Shown: positions 34,470 to 48,521 of the stretch, piece by piece | Numbering within the stretch: the stretch's first letter is position 1 | Layout of the letters: each line of letters starts with the position of its first letter | Origin: Octopus sinensis | Lineage: Eukaryota | Length of the DNA: 64,000 bases | NCBI RefSeq assembly: GCF_006345805.1 | Contig: NC_043003.1 | Coordinates: 21,886,001 to 21,950,000, forward strand | Direction: 5' to 3' | Translations under genes and position numbers: made by a program | Notes under the pieces: generated by a model | What the model was told of the DNA's origin: nothing | The model's input: the letters and a program-made list of their open reading frames with translations, nothing else | Database searches by the model: none

Positions 34470-35100
34470 AAGGCCAAGCTGGTTTGGTTTGCTCGAGTCG
34501 AGAACGTGACACGCGCCAGCGAGCATTGCCGAAGCTGTGGCGGAAAGTGCCGAACGCCTTTGCCGGGGACACATAACCTTATTGTCTCAAAATGGCGCTT
34601 GCTCTCGATAGTCGCAAGCCATGGAAAGGAGTAATTGTTCGTTAACACACCCCTTAGGGTGATGTTTCGACGACCGCAATGCAAACGGAGAATTCTAGAG
34701 ATAAGCAATCGAAGAAAAAGAAAAGTCGAACTTGGTCAGAAGCATCCAAAATTGTAAGTTGAAACTACTCTTACCTGTCTCTTCGTCTGTGTAATGATGT
34801 ATATTATTATTATTATCATGGTTATTATTCGTATCATCGTTATTTTTGTATTACAGCGACTCTAACTTCTTTTGTTCTTTCTGTTTTCTTCTTCGCGAAT
34901 ACATATATTAATAATGATCTATATTAGGTCAACGAATGTGCGTCTACGATACATATATTTATACATACATGTATATATATATGTATATAAGATAAAGGCG
35001 ACGGGGCGGGGGAAGCTGATGGTGGTCGGTCGGTGTTGTGAAAACCTATGTATTATCTCCCCAGAGACGCCGATCGTAACCTCTGAGTTGGAGCAAATAT
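34470..35100 (+). promoter_or_regulatory. CpG-rich promoter/5'UTR region of ASXL
   Basis: High CG density and GC content around exon 1; AAAATGGCG (YY1-type motif) at ~34590; GC-box-like ggggcggggg at ~35003. Confidence 0.6.
34679..34753 (+). CDS. ASXL: ASXL/Additional sex combs-like, first coding exon (start of HARE-HTH domain): MQTENSRDKQSKKKKSRTWSEASKI
   Basis: Matches the vertebrate ASXL1/2 N-termini (MKDKQKKKKERTWAEAARL / RRKKGRTWAEAAKT). The donor |gtaagt falls at the equivalent position, there is an in-frame upstream TAG (34655-34657), and the context is CpG-rich. Downstream exons were not found. Confidence 0.8.
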
Positions 35101-35498
35101 ACCCACATAATCTTTGTCTCACCATCACTCCAGCTCTATCTATCTATATTTATCTATCTATCTACACACACACACGCAAACATACATTTGAATCTTAAGC
35201 GGCTTCAGCAACCTTTCTATTACTCTTTATCATCATCTCTTTGTGTGTGAGATTTATATAGATATATATATATATACGCATATTTACACACACACAATAT
35301 ATAACCTATATATGTACATGTATAATATATTTGTAAATACATTTGTGTGTGTATTTATACGCACACTCATATACGTGTCTATCTAAATGTATGTATGGTT
35401 TATATATATATATATACACGTTTGTATGTTTATGAATATGAGAGTAGTTAGGTGGGTGATTATATTATGTATATTTTTGTATGTGTATAAGGCTGCAG

Positions 35499-35541
<43 letters not shown>

Positions 35542-35785
35542 GTGTGTGTGTGTCTAAATCTATGTGTATGTTAGGAACAAACTGAAAGATGGAGTTTTAA
35601 ACAATGAAAAAGTAGATAAGCAATATTTTAAACTAGAATTTTGTTATCGTTCTGTTATTCTCATCGGTTTTAGCAGTGGAGTGTCATTTGTGTTGTAAAT
35701 TCTGGTTTTAAAAACCGCTGATCTCCATCGTCATGAAACCGTAGGTACCAGAACGGTATCAAAAATTTCATTCAAACGTTGACGG

Positions 35786-35849
<64 letters not shown>

Positions 35850-38589
35850 TGGCAACCTAACCCAACGTCCCTGATTCTTCTATATCTACGCTCCCTTCTG
35901 TTTACCTTCTAGGATATGGTATCGTGAGAGCATCTTCTCTCACCTTGTCACCACCATATTTACTTCACATTCTGCTACTTCCCTCTATCCACCTCTATCT
36001 ACCCTTGTAAAATGTGAGGTAGACATGAATCTTCACTACACTAAACCTGTTCCTGCTTCTTCCATTAACATCTTGCATAGACTGACCACCCCATCTACTA
36101 TCCTTTGTCTCTCATTTGAGGGCACTCGCTTTAGCTACAAGGTGACAACACTAGCTGTGGTGCCATGAAAACACTCAGGACACTCTGTAAAGAGGTTAGC
36201 ATTAGGATGGGGACCCAGCCATATAAAACCATGTCAATAAGTATATATATGTGTATATACATATGTATTAGTCTGAATATATATATATAATATATATATA
36301 TATGTTCATTTAACGTCCGCTTTACATGCTGGCATGGGTTAGACGGTTTGAGTGGAAATGGTAAACTGGAGAGAGCTGCACCAGGTTCCAGTCTGATTTT
36401 GGTTTGGTTTCTATGGCTGGATGATCTTCCTGACACCAACACTCTGAGAGTGTAGTGGGTGCTTTTTATGTTACCGGCACTGATACTTTTATGTGTCACT
36501 GGCATAGGTGATTTTACATGTGTGTGTGCTGTATGGTTAACAAGTTTGCTTTCCAATTGCACAGTTTTGGGTTCAGTTCCATTGTATGGCACCTTGGGCA
36601 AATATCTTATATTGCCTTAGGCTGACCAAATTTTTCTGAGAGGGCTGAAAGAAATTAAGTTGATGTGTCTGTGATAGTAGTGTGTGTATGTGTCACCATC
36701 GAGTCATATCTTTCATTTCCAATCTGTGTAAATATGTCTGGCCAAGGAAAAATATTGCTTTCGTTGGAAACACATGAGGATTGGTAACAAGGACATAAGG
36801 CTGTAGAAAATCTGCCTCATTGAATTCTGTCTGTGTAATGCAATCATGAGAAAGTGGATGTAAAGACAATGTGTGTGTGTGTGTATATATATATATATAC
36901 ATACACATACACACACAAACACATACGCAGGTAGGTGTATGTATATATATATTGTATGCATATAAATATATGTATATGCATATATGTATGTATACATATA
37001 TACTTTTCACACTTTTGTGAGCCTAACCATCCAGCCATCCTTGATTCTATTCCTATTTCTTTATCCACTTTGTACCTTAAGGGTATGCTTTGACACCGCT
37101 CTACTAAACTTACTTTCTTTCCGGGATGACCATGTGTCTCCTCTACAACAAGGTACCTCTTCCTGATTCTTTGTTATACTTTTAACCTCTTAACATCTGG
37201 CACAAAGTCACTTCCTTCAGTACTGCACTCCCCACTCTGTCAAGGGGTTTTGTCTTGAGAGATATTTGGTGACGTTACTTGTTCTGGTGCCACAAAGGTG
37301 CACCCTCTATACTCTGTGAATTGGTTGAAAATCGTAAGGGCATTCAACTGTAGAAACCATGCCCAAACAGACATGAGAGTTGAATGCAATCCTCTGGCTC
37401 GTCAGATCATGTCAAATTGTCCAGCCCTGCCAGCATACATGTGTGTGTATATATATATACACACACATACATTTATGCATAAGCTTGTCGCTGTTATACA
37501 AGTGGCATCCTTTGTTTTTAGTCTTTCATGAAAACATGTCTGGGCAAGGAATAATATTACAAAGCTTGGAAACAGGTGTAGTTTGGTGACAGGAAGGACA
37601 GCTAGGTATGGAATATCTGCCTCAACAAATGCCATTTGTCCCATACAAGCAGGGAAAAGTTGATGTTAGAACATTGATAATGATGTATGTGTATGTATAC
37701 ACATTATATTTATTTGTGTATGAGAGTTGCACCCAAAATTAGTGCTAAATCGGTACAAAATGTTTTCCCTTCATAGATTTAGCTTTGATACTTGTACCTC
37801 ATTCTTTTTCAGTTAGAATTAGTTTAAAATGGTATGACTTGTACACAAGTAAATACAGTATGTATGGATATACATATGTGCAAACAAATGATATGTATGG
37901 GTATATGTAAATACAACTATATATATATATATATATATACACTAATACATACAGCTCTGTGTGTGTATATATATATATTCAAGTATGTATATATTTCATA
38001 TGTGTATTTATATTCCATGCGTATGTAGATGTAAGCATGACCATGTGGTTAACAAGTTAGCTTCACAACTGTGTTTTCTTGTTCAGGCTTTTAGACTGCA
38101 TCCAGGGCAAATGTCTGCAAACATATCCCTGGCCAACCTATATGTTCTGTGTGATTTTTGTTGACAGAAACTATTGGAATTTCATTGTATATGTATACAC
38201 ACACACACACACACATATAATGTGCATGATTGAATGTGTATGAATGTTACACTTGAGTGAAAGACTGGTTTACATTCCTTGTTGACATTTTGGCCTGTCA
38301 TGATGACTTTTCAAAGACATGTAGAATAATGAATCCTTTACTTGAAGAACATGTAATGGTTGGCACTAGGAAAAGTATCAAGCCATAAAATCATGCCATA
38401 AATAAGTCCCCATCCAACCCATTCTGTTACAGTAAAGCAGATGTCTAAACGGATGAATATAGATATATTTGATATTTATGGATCTATCCTAAATGCACAT
38501 GTGTGTGTGTGTGTATGGACATATATATTATGTAGTACTTGAAAAGTAGATGCTGCTGTTGAAGCTCTTCATGATAGAGTTTAAAGATA

Positions 38590-38815
38590 ATTTCACATTC
38601 ATTAGTCTGTGGACACAGTACACTTACACAGACTCAACTTGTTAATCATGAAAGGTCACAGCAATAGACCAATATGTAATGTTAATATGCACACAGATCC
38701 AGTAGCACCAACAGAGCACTATTGTCCTCTATGTAGAAGGGTATGCTCATCTACTGCTGAGCTAAAATCCATTTTAAATGGATGCCAAAGGGCAGAGTTA
38801 CTGTTAGTGTGATTC
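38590..38815 (+). mobile_element. RTE-like LINE 3' end with C-terminal zinc-finger remnant
   Basis: HYCPLCRRVCSSTAELKS in ORF 38609-38812. Confidence 0.5.
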
Positions 38816-40199
38816 CTGACCAAATTATGTGCATATTATTTTATTAAAGGCCTAGTGTTGTTATCTGTGGGTCTGTGTAAAAAATATTATCAAACTTGTT
38901 ACAGGCTTAGGCCTGCAATGAAGTGGTGGTTATGCTTGAAATAGGGTTGATGATTCTTTTCAACTCTAGGCATAAGGCCCAAAATTTTTTGGGAGGGGGC
39001 CAGTCCATTACATTGACCCTAGTATGCAACTGGTACTTAATTTATCGACCCTGAAAGAATGAAAAGCAAAGTCGACCTCGGCGGAATTTGAACTCAAGAA
39101 CGTAAAGACAGACGAAATAAGCATTTTGCCCAGTGTGCTAACGTTTCTGCCAGCTCACCACCTTAACAGGGTTGATGATTGTCATAGGAGTGTGTGTGTA
39201 CACTACATACATCATCATTTCTATGTCTGCTTTTCTGGTTGTTTTGTCACAAATCAAGTGAATTCCTATACAGATCATACATTGCTTGTGCTTTCCATTA
39301 TTTCAGGGGATGAGGGGCAGGTATTTTACAGATGGGCACCTTTTCTATTACAAACCAGTTTTAGTGTATTGGATGCATTTATTCTTGACATTAACATTAG
39401 ATGTGTTGTCTTTATCCCAGCAACACAGTCCACGTTACCCTATGTTATTTCCACTTGTTTTTTTAATTCAGTAACAGAAAGTTTCCTTAGCTCCAGCAAG
39501 ATAATGTATGATCTGTCTTTGCATTGTTCCCTTAAGTTTCTCTCTTTGTTGCCTACACAAGTGGTATGGATCAGAGAGCCAGAGTGGGAGCATGATAGAA
39601 AAGTGAAAGAAAAACTTCAGTGTTAGGAGTGAAAGACAGGTACATGATGATTGCTGGTAAGGAGTTTGATCAGAAACAGCATCAGGTGTATGGGAGGTGA
39701 CAATATGGTAAGAAGTTGATAGACAAAGGAGTGTTGACAGAGAGAGAGAGAGAGAGATGGATACCAATGTTAAGTGGCAGAAGGGCAATATCATAGAGAA
39801 TGGGGGTTAGGAATTAAAGTTGGTGGTGACAAGAGATGGGTGTCAATAATTAGTGATAAAGAAGGGAATAGCAATGTATCAAGTCATATGTGCATGCATG
39901 TATGTGTGTATATATGTATAAAATACATGCGCATTAGGAGTGTAAGTTACTCTTATGATCTGAATCTCTCCGCTTCCCATTCAAAAAAGAAAAAGATAGT
40001 AATCTGGCAATGCATGGAAAAAGCATGTAAAAATAAATATGTTGATGCTCATACACATATATATGCTCACATAGACACTCACTTGTGTGTGTGTATACAT
40101 ATATATAAATTTATAATTAAACAATGGTTCACTTTTGCATTACTAAAAACTTTGCACGCATACTCTTGAGCACACATTTAAAGTACTTCTGATCATTCA

Positions 40200-41400
40200 G
40201 ACACATTTCATGAATGTGTTTGTAAGGTTACTTCTTATTGGTCCAAGTATGTTGTGAGGATGAAGTTGCTCTTGGTCCTGCAAAATGCTATGGGAGACTA
40301 CCTGAGCAAGATATAAGCTGTCACTGAATATACCTGACCAAGATATATTCATTGATAAGGAAGTCTGCTATGTGGCTGAGGAGGTAAGCAATGTCCAGAT
40401 ATGGTGGCAGTTGGCTAACTTTTTTAATTTTCTGTTGAAATGTACTGTAGTCTGTTTCACATCTAGAACTTTTCAGATAAGCAAAGCCTACAGTTATATA
40501 ATTTATTGGAATATGGATTAACATTGTCAGTAATATTCCAAGTTATTGCTGAGTGGTAATGTCTTTGGTCACTGGATTTCCAGATCAGTTGAGACAGTGA
40601 AATGAGTTTCTCTGCTTTTTACATTTAAAGGAATGCAGCTGTTGATTGTGACATAATTTAAAGTACTTAGTTATGATCCCTGTGTAGCTTCTTTGTGTAC
40701 TATTTACCGATGTTCGGTATATTATCCTTTTGAAGAGACAAGATTCCTTCAGCTGATATGTGAATTGATTTTGACAATTGCAAAATGGTTGATGGTATAG
40801 GTGCGTAGATGTATGTTTCCAATTATGAAATTTGATGATGGAAGCAGTGTTATCAAGGCAAGAATAATTAACCTTAATATTGTGTGCATTAAGGAGCTTA
40901 TGATATTTCTTTCTTGGTGTAAATTGACAAATTACAAAAGAGAAGAAGAAATACTAAGCTATGTTTATAGTGACATCTAAATGATGATAGGGTTTAACCA
41001 GATTATTTTCTCCTTAATCTTGTGATTTTGAAGTGATAGTGGGGATTATGTAAACTTGCGTCATACTGAAGCTGCTCTTGGTTAGTTCTTGGAAATTGCT
41101 TTACCTGAGAAAAGGTTAGTCACCTATTTATACCAGTTATTAAATTTTTAATTACTACTGAAATGTGGCTTGGACTTTTATGGATCTATTCTATGAGCTC
41201 AATTGTCTTGCTATAGTAAATGTGCTTATCTCTTTTGCGATCTAATGTAATATCTAGAAAGTTTAGTATCATTAGTTTTGTATTAATAATTTTATTTAAA
41301 CTTTGAATATGCCTAAAAGGTGCCCTCTAAAATCATTATCATTTGACATCCACTCAGACAGTAGACCTCATTTTGTTCAAGTGTCTCAGTTTTAGCATAG
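40200..41400 (-). mobile_element. Decayed Penelope-like element (RT linker + GIY-YIG endonuclease)
   Basis: Minus strand gives YHKLLNAHNIKVNYSCLDNTASIIKFHN...FCNCQN...CLFKRIIYRTSV...SYTGI...HSFKCKKQRNS, then SLSQLIWK...WNITDNVNPYSNKLYNCRLCLSEKF. Confidence 0.85.
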
Positions 41401-42421
41401 TTTTTAGGTATTGTACAAAGTATATGGGTGGTTTTTATTTAGCATCAACACTAGAGATGTGATGTAACTTGCAAGACAATCTCTGTGTGTGCATGAAGGT
41501 GCATGGCCTGATGGTTGATGTGTTGCACTTAGGATTGCAAGATTGTTGTTTTGATTTCCCGACTGGCTGTATGCTGTTATTGAACAAAACACTTCATTTC
41601 AAGTTACTCCAGTCTACTCAGCTGGAAATGGGTAACCCTGCATTGGACTGGTGTTCCATTTGGGGGCAATGTTGGTCTGCTTGCTTGACAAGTCAGCAGT
41701 ATGGCATTGTTCAAAAGTCACAGCAACGTGAGGAAGTGCATATATATAACCTACATTGACCACACTACTGGCTACTGTTATATACCACTGGTCACAATGC
41801 ACTTCCTCATAACTATACACACATACATAGATGTAAATATATACATATTAGTCCTGTCAAACATGTCAGCATGAAAAAGTATATGTAAGAATGAAGATGG
41901 TGATATGCACATACATATAGACACACACACACACTCTTAGTAAAAAGTTAACCTGTCAGTTTCGATGATAAGTTTTCAATTTGATGAGCTGAAACCTACT
42001 CGTTGAATTAATGTGCAAGTGCCTGAGTATTCCACAGACACAGGTAGTCTTAATGTAATTCCTTGGCAGAATCAGCATGACATGGTGTATGACAAGGCCA
42101 GAACTTTGAATGCTAGTAGAATCCATCCAATGGGCTTCTACACAGTTTTTGTCTACTGAGTTTTACTCTCAAAAGCTTGGGTTGAACCAAGATACTTGGC
42201 CAAGATGCTACACCAAATGTGGGACCTTTTGATGCCCTGCTTCTCATGTTTGGGGAAGACCATCACCATTTAATGTTCACTTTTCCATGCTTGTATGGTT
42301 GGATGGAGTTGTTTTGAATGATTAAAAAAGAAAATGAATGCAAGTAATATGTGTGCAGAACATTAGATCCAATAAAGCTTATACACATACACTTTACCTA
42401 TGTGTATATATATATATACAC

Positions 42422-42735
42422 TTTTACTTGTTCCAGTCATTTCACTGCAGGCATGCTGGAGCACTACCTTTAGTTGAACAATTTGACCCCGGAACTTATC
42501 TTTGTCTCTTTTGCTAACACCACTAAGTTATGGCAACGTAAACACACCAACATTGGTTGTCAAGTGATGATGGGGTTGGGTGAGGGTAGAAACACAGACA
42601 CACAAATACACACACACATATATAATGGGCTTCTTTCAGTTTCCCTCTGGTCGACCTGAGGCTATAGTAGGTGCCACACAGTGAGACTGAATTTGGAACC
42701 TTGCGGTTGGGAAGCAAGCTTCTTACCACACAGCC
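42422..42735 (-). mobile_element. SINE family A
   Basis: Reverse complement of the tail, internal CA repeat and head; similar minus copies at ~48000-48265, 53165-53535 and 55826-56190, plus copy at ~53900-54330. Confidence 0.8.
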
Positions 42736-43671
42736 ACATCTGCACCTATACATACATACACACACACGCACAAACACATACAGGTGTACAAAAATAGACA
42801 TATATTTATTATTCTTTAACAAGAATATTATTGACGGTGATTTCGAAGCTTCTGCCAATTATGCCATCATTGGACTGGCCGAAACCTCAAAGTCACTATT
42901 GATAATATTCTTGCTTAAGAATAGCAAATTTGTATTCTACAAAAGTATAGGTTAACAAATTGGTTTTATTATAACTGAAAATAAAACAAACATTAACATA
43001 TATATATATATATATATATATACACACTCACACATAGATATATACATTCTCAATGTTTTAATATTTGATTCTTCATGCTTGAGTCAGATTTCAGTTACTT
43101 GTTGCTAACTTATGCCTGTTTCCAAGAAAAGTAATATTTTCTCTTGATCCAGCATGTTTCCCTGGAGAATTGGAAATGAATAGCACCACTTGTATGATGA
43201 TGACACTCATCTACAACTATTGTGCAATGTCAAGACAAGGAGACCCACACATACACACGCACACATGATGGGATTCTTTCAGTTTCCAAATCCACTCGCA
43301 AGGCTTTTGTTGAGCTGGTGCTATAGTAGAAAACACTTGCCCAAGGTATCTGAAAGTGGGATTGAAACTGAAACCATGTAGTTGGGAAGTGGACTTTTTA
43401 TCACACAGCCAAGCTTGCTTGATGGGACTGGGGTCATCCCGGGTTGGTGGTCCCAAAGACATCATTATGTGTAGCGCTGACCAAGTCCATCAGTGCTCTC
43501 CATTACTAATGGTGTGTGTGTTTATAAACACATGCACATACGAGGAGCATTGAGCCACAGAAACTATGCTAAAGTAGACATTGGATCTCGTCAGATCCTG
43601 TCAAATCGTCCAGTCCATGGAAGAATAGAAGACAAACATTAAAACATGAAATGATGACCACTAGTCTACGC

Positions 43672-43739
<68 letters not shown>

Positions 43740-44329
43740 CATCATCATCGTTTAACGTCCGTTTTCCACGCTAATAAAGCTAACAATGAATTTGGAAACT
43801 GAAAGAATCCCATCGTGTATGTGTGGGTTTCCTTGTCTTGATATTGCACAATAGTTGTAGATGAGTGTCATCATCATACAAGCTATCAAACTTTCTGTTG
43901 TATAAATGCAACCTAGTCACTGATAACAATCATGCAGTTGTAGTGAAACTGTGTCAGGTTGCAGTTCTGCAACAGAATGTTGACACCTATTGAATGTAAA
44001 TTTAAAGGGAATTTCAGTTTTGTGTGTGGTTGATTCTCTTTTAATACATTGAATCAACATACTAGAGAAGTACATCTTTGAAATATATATCATCATTGTC
44101 ATCATTTGACGCCCATTCTCCATGCTAGCATGGGTTGGATGGTTCCACAGGAACTGGTAGGTCAGAAGATTCCACCAATCCCTGCTGCCTACTTTGGCAT
44201 GGTTTCTAATGTTGGATGCTCTTCCTAACATGCACTTATGCTTACATGTGTCTTAATTTTTTATTTGTGTGTATGTGTGTGTGTGTATCTATCTTTATAC
44301 ACACACGTACACTGTGTAATGGTGTTAGG

Positions 44330-45040
44330 ACAGGCATCCAGTTGTGGAAACCATGCCAAAGCAGACATTTGAACTTGGTATAGCGAGGAAATGACTCCAT
44401 GTCAAGATCAGCTGGTTCTCATTCATGTTGTCCATCATGCTTAGAATAGCAGCTTTCAACAAGTCCTTGATATTGTGGGGGCTGTCACTTAATCTCACTC
44501 TCTCTCTTGAGGATGTCCAAGATATACTATCTGAGCATTTTGAATTGGGAATTCTAGAAGACTCCTTTGAAAATTCTTGGTCAGCCACTCTTGGGTTGTG
44601 GAGGTTATATGAGAGGGAACTGAGTCCTGGTGGTATATATATAGCCTTCTTGTCCCACCTTTTCAATCCAAAACTTGACCACCATGTAAAGCAGCTCTAT
44701 ATAAGCAATGCCATTAATCATGAAGCTCTCCAGGAAGGAATCAGGCAGTATGACATGGTCTGCATAGTGCAGGATTATTAGACATGATGGCATCTAAATG
44801 TACAATTTAATGATACCTTTTCGCCATCTGGCCCTGGATGATGTTTTTCTCATTTGCAGTACATCCAGAGCATAAATGGATTTCTTTGACTGCTTGAGTT
44901 TGTTTGCACAATTTTCTCTGGGCTTTCCGTATATGAACTGCTTTGTCCTTAACATGTAAAACTTCATGTCTCTCTGCATCATATGTCTTGTAGAAATCTT
45001 TGTAATCTTGAGCTGCTCATTAATAACTCTTTTCAACTAG
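44330..45040 (-). mobile_element. Decayed Tc1/mariner-superfamily transposase (maT/DD37D-like by eye)
   Basis: Frameshifted peptides INGIAYIELLYMVVKFWIEKV, YIYHQDSVPSHITSTTQEWLTKNF and PHNIKDLLKAAILSMMDNMNENQL. Confidence 0.7.
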
Positions 45041-46055
45041 ATGGAGTTATCCTTGATGATGTTCTAGAATTGCTGTCTTTATGGCGTCTAACTACTGAAA
45101 GTATGTCTTTCTTATGACCATGGGTGACATATAGCCGCTATATCCCCCTAGCTCTTTCGTGATATTGAATATAGAGGAACGAACTGGCTATGTTCCAGAA
45201 ACTAGTGATCTCTATGTAACCGTGGCTGGTTGCTAGATACAGGAGTATGACATGCGCTTTTCATTTGCCATGTCAGATAGGAATCTTGCCTTATGATGTC
45301 AATTACATTAGGTCATCATCGTCCACTTTTGGCCTGCTCAGCTTGTGTTCTATTATGAATGGCACACGATATATATATATGTGTGTGTGTATGTACATGT
45401 ATGTTAATGGATGGATATGTGTGTGTATATCTATAAATGAATGTATGTAACTTGTATATATCGGTAACGTTTCTTTTAAACATCTTAGACTTAAAAGAGG
45501 GTTGTTTTCTCTCTTGTTAGGGATTTCATTAACTTAGCAAAACGCTTGCATCACTCACCATCACTGGATTATGATGATATTCAATAATCCTCCATTAGTG
45601 GATGATATAATTAAACATTATTATTATTCATAATAATAATGATTTCTTTATTAACCACAAGGGTTTCGTATACTACAGAACCAGTTTTCTAAGCATTAGG
45701 CTTTCAATATATTCTGTATACCGTCATTGTGTATTGAAGTTCGTATTTTCGTTACAACCAATAGAAAGTACTAAGAAAAGTGAAGGCACACATTTCCAAC
45801 GAAGGTACTTGTAGTAGAAGTAGTGAATACACATACAATACACGTACGCAACTATAAACAACATTGTATATTTGAATTAATATGCCTTGTACGCGTGTAC
45901 TCGCACACAAACGTATATATGAATTACACACACATTCATAAATTACATGTATATGTATGTATAAATTATATTTATTATAGGCCTGAAATTATATGTATTT
46001 AATATATAGTTGACAACATATAATATATAGTTGACTATATATATATATATATTTG

Positions 46056-46091
<36 letters not shown>

Positions 46092-46139
46092 GCTCTTTCT
46101 TTCTCTCTCTTTATATATATATATATATATATATGTATT

Positions 46140-46181
<42 letters not shown>

Positions 46182-47354
46182 ATATATATATATTGAAAGG
46201 GAGAGATTGGTTGTGGGTATGTATATAGACAACCGGCTTTAGTGTGTGTGTATATATAAATATGTATATAATGCATGCCCATGGTATGATGTCCATAATC
46301 TTTTTACCTCTACGACCCAGGAGGCATAATCGTTGTGTTATGAGTCAGTCTGACGGACGAAAGACGTGTGGGATTGAGCTGAGAATATAGACATTATCTT
46401 CATCAGCATTCGCGCGTGTGTGTGTGTATTTGTGTGTGTACACGTATACATACGACTGATACCTGCACATATTACACAGCTCGTGTATTCACTGACACAC
46501 ATACATACTCTTTCATATTTCACACCCCCAACTTATATATATATATATAGCAGCTGAAATGTTGCGTGTGTATGTATGTATGTATATGTGATTTACTCAG
46601 GGTATGACGCATCGAATTTATTGGTCGTGGTGGTGGTGGAAGGCGGGAGGTCGTGACAACCATGCATTTCACTAGGACTGGTTGATAGCGAGTCTAACCA
46701 GGAATTGAAAACAGATCACGATACTCCTTGCCGACAATAATTCCACCAAATATATATTAGCACAAATATTTGGTTATAATGTTCCAGCACGCTTATATAC
46801 ATCCCTGTGTGTGTGTGTGTATTTATGTATATGATATGCATATATATATATTTTTAACCATGTATTATAAGCATAAGCGTCACATGAGAACAATCTTGTT
46901 ACGCCGACACAACTGCCCACGTTACGCATACACCTTTACATACGCATGTCTCTCATCACTATGAAATATATACATGAATATATACATCTATATACATGTG
47001 TCAATATTTATGTATACATGTATGTAGAGATATATAAATATGTGTGTGTATATAAACTGGAACAAACGAATACAATGCACGAATGTCGTTTAATATTTAA
47101 CCGAAAGAAACAACAATACGTCAGATATGAATTTTTAATAAGGTTTCTTGTGTATAAAACATGTAACTGTATATAAAAGAAATATTTATCTTTCAAGGCC
47201 CCTACTGTGTTTGACATGTACCGTACCCTAAGAATGCTCATTTTAGGAATTACGTACATGCAGCGGTTTCTTGTTTCGTCGCCTCGAACAAGAATCTGAT
47301 TGAATCACTCACAAGACTGGATCACGCTATACTATCCTTGTTAAACACAATTTT

Positions 47355-48268
47355 ATATATATATATATGTGTATGTATATATGTATGTGTATGTATATAT
47401 GTATGTGTGTGTATGTATGTATATATGTATGTGTATGTATGTATGTATGTATGTATGTATGTATGTATGTATGTATGTATATAAGTATGTATGTATATAT
47501 ATATATGTATGTGTATATATATATGTATCTATGTATGTGTATATATATATGCGTATGTATCTATGTATGTGTATATATATATATGTATATATATGTATAG
47601 TGTATGTATGTATATGTATAGTGTATGCATGTATAGTGTATGTATGTATATATATATGTATAGTGTATGTATATATATATATATGTGTATGTATCTATGT
47701 ATGTGTATATATATATATGTGTATGTATCTATGTATGTGTATATATATATATATGTATGTATATATATGTATAGTGTATGTATGTATATATATGTATAGT
47801 GTATGTATGTATGTATATATGTATAGTGTATGTATGTATGTATATATATATATATATATGTATAGTGTATGTATGTATGTATGTATGTATAGAGTTGCAG
47901 GAACAATGAATTTGTATGGATGCTTGTTTTGTATTTCATGTGTGTTTGTGTCTGAGTTGTTTCAGTCAGTGAACTGCAGTCATACAGGGGCACAGCCGTG
48001 AATCGTTAGTCAAACGGATCGCCCCCCCCCCCCAGTATTTTAAAATTTTAGTGCTTATTCCATCGGTTTTATAAGCCGAGCCGCTAAGTTATGGGAGCAT
48101 AATAAGCAAGCCAACACCGGTTGTCAAGCGGTGGTGGGGAACATATACAGACACACGCACACACACACGACGGGCTTCTTTCGGCCTCCGTCTACCAAAT
48201 ACATCCAGAAAGTTTTGGCCAACCCGGGGTTGTAGTAGAAGGTACTTGCCCAACAGTCACGCCTGTAT

Positions 48269-48314
<46 letters not shown>

Positions 48315-48463
48315 TTCACTGTTTCGTTGCTGGTGGGATCACCAAAGAAAAATAATAATAATGAATAGAAGTATTGTATCCAGTGAGAGATAATACAATT
48401 TAATATATGAGTTACTAATAGTTTTCGAAGCACAATGTGTGTATGTATGTATGTATGTATGTG

Positions 48464-48521
<58 letters not shown>

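Noticed and set aside
34457-34708. 83-aa minus-strand ORF over ASXL exon 1
   Set aside because: GC-rich antisense shadow with no recognisable homology.
40185-40240. Possible decayed hammerhead (gaaatgtgtc, minus strand) after the Penelope element
   Set aside because: No recognisable CUGANGA or helix II.
45160-45215. gaaactagt with a ggaac/gttcc stem
   Set aside because: No CUGANGA core upstream; too degenerate to call.
47369-48001. 210-aa ORF rich in M/Y/V/C/I
   Set aside because: Translation of (TATG)n/(TA)n repeats; likewise the ORFs at 36.7-37.0, 46.0-46.3 and 48.3-48.8 kb.
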